A stretch of 47,371 bases of DNA from Balamuthia mandrillaris (Eukaryota), in NCBI GenBank assembly GCA_031835245.2, contig JAVKOQ020000034.1, positions 248,001 to 295,371 on the forward strand. Reading direction: 5' to 3'. A program made the translations under genes and the position numbers. The notes beneath the pieces were generated by a model that ran no database searches, was not told the DNA's origin, and saw only the letters and a program-made list of their open reading frames with translations. Below, one piece after another: positions 38,289 to 47,371 of the stretch (position 1 is its first letter; each line of letters opens with the position of its first letter).

Positions 38289-38935
38289 GTCGTCCTTTCT
38301 AATGATTGTTGTTGTAGTTGTTGTTGTCGTTGTAGTTGTTGTGGTTGTGATTGAGTAAATGATGATGAAGTGGGAGTAATGGTGGTAGTAGTGGATGAAA
38401 AGGGTGATGCAGAAAACGGAGGAGGTGAAAAGAGCTCTGCAGGATTATCAACAACAATAACAGGAGCAGAAGCAACAACAGTAGCTGGTGGTGGTGTTTT
38501 TAACAAATAATGATCCAAAAACTGCTTGCGAACAAATGACTGAGTGTTGAGAGCCTGATAGGGAGCAAAGTGATGATTGAAAGATGTTGCTGATGAGGAT
38601 GAGGATGATGATATTGAGACAATCGTTACTTCATCATCCTCTTCTGTTGCTGCTGCTGTTGCTATTGCTACCTCTTTGTTGTTGTTGTTGTTGTTATTTA
38701 GTGATGATGGTTGGTCAAAGACAGCAGGAATAGATATATTATTCTGTTTGCGGTTGCTGTTAAACAAGCAAATTGTGACACAAACACAAAACACAAACAA
38801 ATGTTGGAAACAAAAGAAAACAAGAAGTTAGTAGGTCTAGTCTGGATGAATGAAGATATAGATAATAATAAATAATGAGAACTATTGGAGACTTGTTTTT
38901 GTTTTCCTTTCCTCTCCTTTCCATTCTTGATCATT

Positions 38936-38966
<31 letters not shown>

Positions 38967-39644
38967 GTCGCTTCTTTTCTTCTTTTTTCTTTCTTTCTTT
39001 CCTTTTACATCTGGCAGTAAAGGCAGGAGGTTCATTTTTATAATTGCCTTTTTCATTCTTGTTTGTTTACATTTCTTGTTGTCTTTCTATTAGTATTATT
39101 ATTTGCAACAACAATACTACTGTTTTTGCTTGTTTGTCATGTCACTCACTCCCTTATTCACCATGCTATGCTTAACAACTCTTACCATCACCATCACTGC
39201 CTCCACCACCATCACTGTTCTACCATCCATCTATTTATTTATTTATCCATTCATCCATCCATCCATTGTTTAACCAGTATTATTGCCACCGACCAACCAA
39301 CCAATCAACTAACTCAAGCTTTCTCTCAAACAACCAAACTAATATAACGAAAAAGAGGAAGAGATCACCTGCCTGAGTTACGGCGTTGTGAACGAGTTGT
39401 GGCTCCTTTTCTGCTGCTACTGCTAGATGAGGCAGCCACGGCAGCAGCAGCTCTTTGCAAAGATGATTTGGCAGCAGCAGTAGCAATAGCCTTTTGAGCA
39501 GCAGCTGCAGCCTTGCGCGTAGATTTGCTGCTAGGGCTCTTGGTAGCACTTGTCTTTTCCTCTTCTTTCTGTTTTTCTGCTTTTTTTTCGCCAGCTTCTG
39601 CTTCTGCTGCTTTTGGTTCTTCTTTTTCTTTTTCTTTTTCTTTT

Positions 39645-39676
<32 letters not shown>

Positions 39677-39751
39677 CTCATCTTCATTTTGTGCTGCTGC
39701 TGCTGCTGCTACTTGTTTTGCTGGGTCATTAGCAGGTTTTTTTGATACTAG

Positions 39752-39789
<38 letters not shown>

Positions 39790-39852
39790 AAATCAGTAAG
39801 GCTTGAATGAGAAATCACAAAGGCATAACAGTGCAAACAAACACCAAAAAGA

Positions 39853-39873
39853 TAGCGCTCCGCTGGAGCGCTA
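39853..39873. repeat. Isolated palindrome TAGCGCTCC-GCT-GGAGCGCTA
   Basis: Perfect 9-bp arms identical to those of the array palindrome. Confidence 0.9.
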
Positions 39874-39944
39874 AACAATTAACACCAAAAAGGCAACCAA
39901 CAAAAAAACAAATAATAATAAGAACAAAACTGGAGCTAAAAAGC

Positions 39945-39965
39945 TGCCGCTCCGACGGAGCGCCA
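39945..39965. repeat. Degenerate second copy of the palindrome (tgcCGCTCC-GAC-GGAGCGcca)
   Basis: The core CGCTCCGACGGAGCG is identical to the array core. Confidence 0.8.
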
Positions 39966-42900
39966 CTACATAAGCATAGAATTGCAACTGAAAAGCCCAA
40001 AAACAAAAAAAAAACACCACGAGGAAGAGAACAAACAAACAAACAAACAAACAAACAAACAAATAAACATCAAACAAACAAACAGAAAACCAGTAAACCA
40101 ACAAAACAAAGACAAAACACAAAGCTAGTAGAAAAACTGACGGACGAATGGACAGACAGACGGACAGATAGAGAACCAAACTCGAATAGACACATAAAAT
40201 AAAAATACATACATTCTAACACGTCTATCAGTATGGAATCATCAATCTCTTTATCCACCATTGCACCTGTTGAAGGAGCTGTCTTGTTGGGGATATCTGA
40301 CTTTGTTTTGCTATCTCCAGCACCATCACGTGTATCTGCATGCATGCATGCATGCATGCAAGTGTGGTTAGTGCATATGTGAGTTGTTGTAAGTAACACC
40401 AAACGTGAGCGCCTCTTACCTGCTACATTAGTGATATCAAGGCTCATGAGACTGGCCATCTCATCATCATCATCATCATCTGAGGAGCTGCTGCTGCTGC
40501 TGATGCTAGGAGCAGTAGACTTGGTGGAAGTTGCAGGCTTCTCTGTCCTCTTGGGTTCTTCCTCTTCCTCTTCCTCCTCTTCCTCTGACTTGCCTGACTC
40601 TACTGACTTATCTGATGCCTCTGACTCAGATGAGGTCTCTAACTCCTCCGACTTATCTGATGCCTCTGATGCGGATGAGGCCTCGGACTCCTCTGACTCG
40701 GTGGCCATAGTCTTGTTTTGTTTCTTTTTCTGCTGTTGTTTCTGCTTCTCCTTCTCTTGTTCCTTTTCCTTCTCTTTCTTTTTCTGCTGCTGTTGCTTCT
40801 GCTTTTGCTTCTCCTTTTCCTTTTCCTTCTCCTTCTTCTTTTTCTGCTGCTGTTGCTTTTGCTTCTGCTTCTCCTTGTCCTTCTGTGTCTGCTTCTGCTG
40901 CTGCTTTTTTTTCTTTTTTTCCAACAACAGTTGATCATCATCTGCCTTCCTTGGCTTCTTGCTTGTCACAGGAGAGGAAGAGGCAGCAGAGGAAGACATA
41001 GCTCTTGGGCGCTTTGTTGAGCTTGGTTTTTGCTGCGCTGTTTCTGCTGTTGCTGCTAGGTCCATTGTGTCTGCGAACACACCAGCTGAGGTAGCATTTC
41101 CACTATCATCACCGCCACCACCACCACCACCACCACCTCCACCCAGGATACTGCCATCATCGAGACTAAACTCCGCATCATCCAAACTACTCTGGTCTAC
41201 AGCAGCAAAAGAGCGAAGGTCAGGCCCAAAAAACTCTGTCAAGTCAATACAGGGGCTGGCATCAACAGAGATATCTTGCTGCAGCTCATTGCTCTTCTGA
41301 GTCAGCTTGTCCATGGCTTTTTGGTGCCTAACAGAATGGCGTTTGGCACGATGCTTTTCCCTCTTCATTTCTGTATTGCCGACTTGGGTAGAGGTGGTAT
41401 GGATAGGCTGCCATGTTTTGTTATCCAATTGATCCACATATTATAAATCCCTGGAGAATGACAGAGAGAGAAAGAGAAAGAGAGAGAGACAGAGAGAGAG
41501 ACAGAGAGAGACAGAGACAGAGAGAGAGAGAAAGAGAGACAGAGACAGAGAGAAACAAAGAAAAAGAAAAAGAGAGAGAAAATGTTAAAAGGAAAGTAAG
41601 TGGGAGGAGGTTGGTAGTGAGTGGTGAGTTGTTCCTTTCCTATGAAACAAACAAACAAACAAACAAACAAACAAACAACTTATCAATCAGCCACGAGTGG
41701 TGATATAGCATCCAGCTCAGGCAAGTCCTTTACACGCACAATAGCAGCTGCATTGTATAACTGCTCTGCTGGCATGTTTGCGGTAGCAGAGCTGCTGCTA
41801 GCTTTACTCTTGTTCTTGCTTTTGCTGCTACTGCTGCTGCTGCTGCTTTTGCTTTTGCTTTTGCTTTTGCTTTGCCATCGCTCAGGTTTCCTGGATTTTT
41901 CCAGTGTAATGTACGGCCACACTCGCTCCAGTTGAGAACGAACCGGATGACGAATGCGTGTCTTCCAGAGCTTTCTATCCAAAGGATCCAACTCCAGCGG
42001 AGTATTATGTTGTTGCGCTTCCTTCACCAAGCAGCGACGAACAGCAAGCATCAACCGCTTGACATCCTCCAAAGGTCCAGAAAGGTTGATGCTGGTAGAA
42101 ATGCGCATGCCTTTCAAGGATTTCAGACTGGCAAAGTTCAACGCGTTCTCTGCCAAGGCTTCTTGCACCGTAAAGGGAGGACGATAATGGGTTAGCTTCA
42201 TACGGTATTGAAACAACTTTTCCTTGGCAGAATACTGCTTCTCTACCATTGCTTCCATTCGGGCTGCCTGCTCTAATTGCTGGCGGTCCAATGGGGGATG
42301 TAAGAAGGCTTTTGGATCTTCCTCTATCACTACTGCTTCTTGTTGTTGTTGTTGTTGTTGTTGCTCTTCACCTTCTTCCTCTTCTTCTTCCTCCTCCTCT
42401 TCCCCTCCTTCTGATATCATCTCTTGTTGCACTTTGGTTCGATGGCTGCTGGTTGTTGGCTTTGAGGGGATAGATGACATTAGGGCATCTGCCAAAGATG
42501 ACTCGTTCAACCATTCTTGGCGCAGCGGTGGCAAACGGGTATTCTCCTCGTGTGTTGCGCTATCACTATGAGCAAGCACGCAAGGGGGCGAGTGAGTGAG
42601 TAAACAAGCAAAGGGAATATAGAGAGGCGGCAAGGATAACATGTCTTGCATTGCATGCAAGCAAGCAACCAAGCAACCAAGCGAAAGAGAAGCAACATAC
42701 TGGATAGTTTTGGCCCGTATTAACATGAAAAGTTTCTGCAGGCCAAGAGGGAGTTGTCTATATACTAACAACAGTTCTTCCCGGGTGAAGGAACCCTGAA
42801 AAACGCGTCCTTTGCGGTTGCGCCGTTCATCCGAGGAGGGCACCTCCTTCAGAATGCTATACACTGCAGCGTTAATGAGGTTACGGATCCAACTTCCAGT

Positions 42901-45900
42901 TGGTGTCTCATAAAACCTGCTGTTGCTGCTGCTGCTGCTACTGCTAGATTGGGAGGAAGTAGCATCCAACGGTTGTTGTTGTTGTGATGAATCCATCGGC
43001 GGCAAGACTTCTTTGCCACGATCAAGACCAAGAGCGGCTTGATGCAACACATCCCAATGACCTTTGCGAATGGATTGCGCCAGCCACTTCCACCGTGGAT
43101 TTTCCAGACCGTTGACGATCCAAGGTCCTTCAACGATGCTACCATGGCAGCGTAAGCCATTGGCCACGATATCACCCAATTCCTGGATGATTCCCTCGTT
43201 CTGGGCCTGCAGCCATCCAAAGTGAGCAAGAGAGAGTTAGTACTTTCCTTCCAACCACTAATTGAACAACCAAGCAACCAACCCAAACAAACAAACAAAC
43301 AAACAAACAAACAAACAAATAGATAATGATAAACGGACGGACCTTTCGTCTACAAAACCTCAGAAAGGTTTTGCTTTGCTCTGTATTTACTTCAGACGGA
43401 GGGCTGACCACCATGGGAATGTAATAATAAAATACCAACTGCTTCTGGATGGCTGGAGCCAAGGGGTGCAGCAGACGAAAGTCGGTTTTCGAAATGAGAC
43501 CCCGGTTCTCTGCTGCCAGTTGGGAAATAACATCGATGGACATATGCTCCACCAGGGAGAGATCTTGTCGAAAAGCGTTGAGTGTAAAGGATTTCGCATG
43601 AGCTGCTGGCAAATCCTGTTTGGTGAGCACAAAATAGGGGAGCGTCTCCCGTGGAGGTAGGCTTTTCTTTGATTTGGCCTCATCGAAAATATGTTCTGCA
43701 GCAGCAAGCGCCACTTTCAAGGCCCTGTTGCTTTGAATCTGATCCATTGCACTGACAATGCAACAACACAACACATACACATAGCAGTAAGTTGAGAGGT
43801 AGTTAGGTCAGATAACCAAGGGCCATATAAAAACAAACAAACAAACAAACAAACAAACAAATAAATAAAAAGAAGAACATACTCAGTTTTTGATAGTTGC
43901 ACGGCATTGGCCAGTTTCAGCAATGTGTCTGCAAATGACCATTCTCAGGGCTTCACTTTGGTGTTGGGGTCTTCCACCATGGACACAATCTGATGCACCA
44001 GCAGTGACAGTAGATGAATAATGTTGAAATATCAACCGTAGATGGGCATAAGTGGTGATAACCATGCGCCGTTCTCATCGGCGAGCTGATAATGCCGTAC
44101 TACATTGCTAGCCAAACAATACACCATGTTAAGATCACTGTCTGACAACTTTGCTGCCACCCTTTGCTGAGGAGAAGAGGCAGCAGCAGCAGCAGCAGCA
44201 GCTGATGAAGAGGCAGAGGGGAGGCTAGTAGGCGAGGCAGCTACAATGGCTGTGGTTCTCAGTGGAGTAGAAGGAGGAGTGAAGAGAATGCTGTTGATGG
44301 TCCCAAGAGAAGGCATGGGGCTCTCTTGTGATGATGAAGGTAGGCCAAGTGAAGCAGCAGCAGCAGCAGCAGGGGATAGCAACGCTGAACTTGCTGCCGC
44401 TGCTGCTGCTGCATTGACTGCTGCTTGCTTTGCCTTTAGCAAGGCTTGCAGTGTGGCTAAGCGAGTGTTACTGCTCAAGACACCTATCCTGAGATGTACT
44501 CTCCATGAGTCTGGTTGGTTGGTTGGTTGGTTGGTTGGTTGGTTGGTTGGTAGGTAGAAAGAAAAACACAGAGGCTCAGTTACTCACAAGGAAACAAAAA
44601 AAATAAACCAATAACCCCAACAGCAATAACCATAATAACAATGATGGACAAAAGGAAAAGAGAAAAGAGAGATAAAGGGTTAAAAAGAACGCACGATTGC
44701 CGGGGTTAAATTTGCTGAGGATCTCAGCTTCGGCCTCTGGGCTACCAATAGCAGCAACTGGAAACATATGAGCCTTAAGTTACAATGCAAACCAACCAAC
44801 CAACAAAATGCTACCAACAAACAAACAAACTAACAAACAAACAAACAAAATAAAAACCCTAAAGTGCGGTGGTGGTGCAACCAACGGGTTGGTTGAATAG
44901 AGTACCTTTGTTTAAAATGAGTTCTGCCAAAGTCTGGGTGGCAGTAAACATGAGCTGACTAAGCTCAGCACGCTCGCGGGCCAAAGCATCGCTGGGCTGG
45001 CTGCTCTCCTGGCTACTGCTCGCGATGCTGCCACTGCTGCTAGCGGGAATGCGATGTCGGCTAGTAGCAGGGGGGAAAGCAGGAGAAGGAGCCAGTTGGG
45101 ACAGTTGCCAGCCCCCTGCAGCTTCATCGGTGTAGACAATGAATGGTGTGATGAAGAAGGCCCCATCAAATCCTTCTTGTGAAGTAGCCCAGCCATTAGT
45201 ATGGATAAGCCTCTCAGCTAGGCCGTAATTATACACACCAGGTCGGAACCCGCGCTGTACCACGTAGGTTAAAAGTTGGGTGCTCCTTTGCGTGGGTAAA
45301 AAGTATCTGCAGAGTGAGTGTGTTCGTGTAGTATTGCATTCATTCAGCAAAACAAAACAATCACACCAACAACAAGTCAGTAAAATGTAACGCAAAGAGA
45401 ATGTAAAAAACAAACAGTTGGTTGGTTGGTTGGTTGATGGGTTGGGTAAAAGAAGAGAAGCAACGCACTCAAAGGGAACGCCCATTAAAAATGAATCTTG
45501 TTTTGCAGCCAAAGAGGTGTTAAGCAGCGAGGGGGACAACTGTTGGAGTTGCTCCCAAGCTTCCTCAAACGAGGAAAAACCATCCTCAAAACCGGTATGA
45601 AGGATATCGATTAACTGGGAATCATCAGTTTGCAACAACTGCGTCCAGAGGGAAAGAGTACGAGCGCCAACTGGTGGCATGAAGGAGGGTGTTGCTTGAA
45701 TGGATTCCATCACAGCACGGACAGCAGAGTTTAACGGAGAATACAAAAGTATCTATGGTTCAAAATGATTATTGTCCTATTGTCAGCCAGCCACGCCACA
45801 AAAACGATAAGATGTTAATCAAATATATATCAGCAAACATGACAAAGTCATCTAGTTAAACAAAAAACAATGAAAGAGAACAAAGCATAAGAGGAATAAC

Positions 45901-46128
45901 AACAATAACAACAAATACAACTACCACCACAACAAAAAGAAGAGATAACAAAGACAGACAAAGAAATAAACATACAGTTCTGTTTCACGAAGCAATTCAA
46001 GTTGAAATTTGGTCACAACATAATAAAAACGAACAATAATCATTTTGAACCACAAACAGTAACTAGGGAAAAAGAACAACAGATGCATGGAAACCAGCAG
46101 AATGCAAAAACAAAACCCACGACGCTAG

Positions 46129-47371
46129 CAGCGCTCCGACGGAGCGCTACTTGCCGCGATACAAAAATAAAAAGGAGAAGAAATGAAAGAGCGATAAACA
46201 AGGAGGCGAAAGTAGCGCTCCACGGAGCGCTAACGCGAGTGAATTTGACAGAGATAGGAGGGAAAAGTCAAAATAAACAAAGTCAGAACAGCACGGAGGA
46301 ATACGATAAAGATAATGGTGAAAATAGGGGAGCGAAAGTAGCGCTCCGACGGAGCGCTAACCCCGCGCAGGATTGTGGGAGAGGGAGAAGAAAAAATAAA
46401 AACAACCAAGTCCAAACGGAACAGGGTCGTGCAGGGAAAAAAGAGTGAGTGGTACGAAATGGGGAAGCAAAAGTAGCGCTCCGACGGAGCGCTAACCCCG
46501 TGAGTGATTTTGAGAAAGGGCGAAGAAAAAATAAAAACAACCAAGTCCAAATGGAACAGAATCACGAACGAACATAAGAGTGAGTGGTGCAAAATAGGGG
46601 AGCGAAAGTAGCGCTCCGACGGAGTGCTAACCCCGCGTGGTATTTTGAGAGAGGGTGAAGAAAAAATAAAAACAACCAAGTCCAAACGGAACAGGGTTGT
46701 GCAGGGAAAAAAGAGTGAGTGGTGCAAAATAGGGGAGCGAAAGTAGCGCTCCGACGGAGCGCTAACCCCGCGCGGTATTTCGAGAGAGGGAGAAGGAAAA
46801 ATAAAAACAACCAAGTCCAAACGGAACAGGGTCGTGCAGGGAAAAAAGAGTGAGTGGTGCAAAATAGGGGAGCGAAAGTAGCGCTCCGACGGAGCGCTAA
46901 CCCCGCGAGTGATTTTGGGAGGAAGAGAAGAGAAAATAAAAACAAACAAGTCCAAACGGAACAGGGTCGTGCAGGGAAAAAAGAGTGAGTGGTGCAAAAT
47001 AGAGGAGTGAAGGTAGCGCTCCGATGGAGTGCTAACCCCGCGCGGTATTTCGAGAGAGAGAGAAGAGAAAATAAAAACAACCAAGTCCAAACGGAACAGG
47101 GTCGTGCAGGGAAAAAAGAGTGAGTGGTGCAAAATAGGGGAGCGAAAGTAGCGCTCCGATGGAGCGCTAACCCCGCGTGGTATTTTGAGAGAGGGACAAG
47201 AAAAAATAAAAACAACCAAGTCCAAACGGAACAGAGTCGTGCAGGGAAAAAAGAGTGAGTGGTGCAAAATAGGGGAGCAAAAGTAGCGCTCCGACAGAGC
47301 GCTAACCCTGCGAGTGATTTTGGGAGGAAGAAAAGAGAAAATAAAAACAACCAAGTCCAAACGGAACAGGG
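46129..47371. repeat. 135-bp tandem array with a 21-bp palindrome per unit, running off the window end
   Basis: TAGCGCTCC-GAC-GGAGCGCTA (or 1-2 nt variants) starts at 46339, 46474, 46609, 46744, 46879, 47014, 47149 and 47284, an exact 135-bp period. Degenerate units at 46129 and 46213. Confidence 0.97.

Larger units (their letters stand above)
39365..45752 (-). pseudogene. Very large multi-exon orphan gene, nonsense-inactivated
   Basis: ORFs 44859-45746, 44576-44767, 44032-44478, 43717-43923, 43172-43780, 41683-43179, 40070-41437 and exon 39747-39365 join through GT-AG introns. There are in-frame stops at 44034, 43947, 43239 and 41443 and a dead donor ATAAGT at 41683. Confidence 0.65.
34396..47371 (-). 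mobile_element. Putative large tyrosine-recombinase mobile element (boundaries not resolved)
   Basis: Co-oriented YR-Myb gene and giant orphan gene, a palindromic motif shared between the orphan gene and the array, distinct intron microsatellites, transition-type decay and adjacent TE relics. Confidence 0.55.

Noticed and set aside
41745..43032. RuvC/TnpB/Fanzor-like words in the orphan gene (LGLDRG ~43015-43032, VVIEED, YNAAAIV)
   Set aside because: The third motif lacks the catalytic Asp, there is no CxxC finger, and the motifs sit in helical or low-complexity context. Only a structure prediction showing an RNase H fold would revive this.
41441..44034. Alternative genetic code (TAA=Gln, TGA=Trp/Cys) to explain the in-frame stops
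   Set aside because: There are only four such codons in a very long gene, none in the 661-aa YR exon, and a splice donor is also damaged. Decay is the simpler explanation.
46230..47360. 376-aa and 262-aa ORFs over the array (45-aa repeat)
   Set aside because: Two minus frames are open because the unit is 135 bp and stop-poor. The Phe-rich translation mirrors A-tracts, with no sign of codon-level constraint.
46129..47371. CRISPR array interpretation
   Set aside because: The sequence between palindromes is itself repeated rather than unique spacers, and no cas gene is visible.

Overview
This is intron-rich eukaryotic DNA with short GT-AG introns and many microsatellites. The gene content (SH2 proteins, a Tyr-kinase-like kinase, a Frizzled-like GPCR, an AIG1 GTPase) suggests a free-living amoeba (Amoebozoa); that assignment is inferred. 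Bases 1-32.9 kb are a gene-dense host region: DMT transporter, stand-alone PADR1 zinc-ribbon protein, acidic protein, Cbl-like EF-hand/dual-SH2 scaffold, PSI membrane protein, giant-virus-like HNH protein, RibB-RibA-RibH triple fusion, AIG1 GTPase, SMYD, multi-winged-helix protein, dual-specificity phosphatase, kinase and Frizzled-like GPCR. From about 32.9 kb to the end the character changes: all coding is on the minus strand and the intron microsatellites differ. This block holds a strongly CpG-poor IS630/Tc1 relic and an intron-containing tyrosine recombinase with an intact R-K-H-R-W-Y set spliced to a C-terminal Myb/SANT domain. It also holds a relic exon of a divergent paralogue of that recombinase, a ~6.4 kb multi-exon orphan gene broken only by C:G>T:A-type lesions, and a 135-bp tandem array built around a 21-bp palindrome that recurs in an intron of the orphan gene. 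The best candidate for a new system is this block: a large tyrosine-recombinase (Crypton/Starship/Tec-like) mobile element with its own palindromic cis-sites. All exon models were assembled by eye and no database searches were run.
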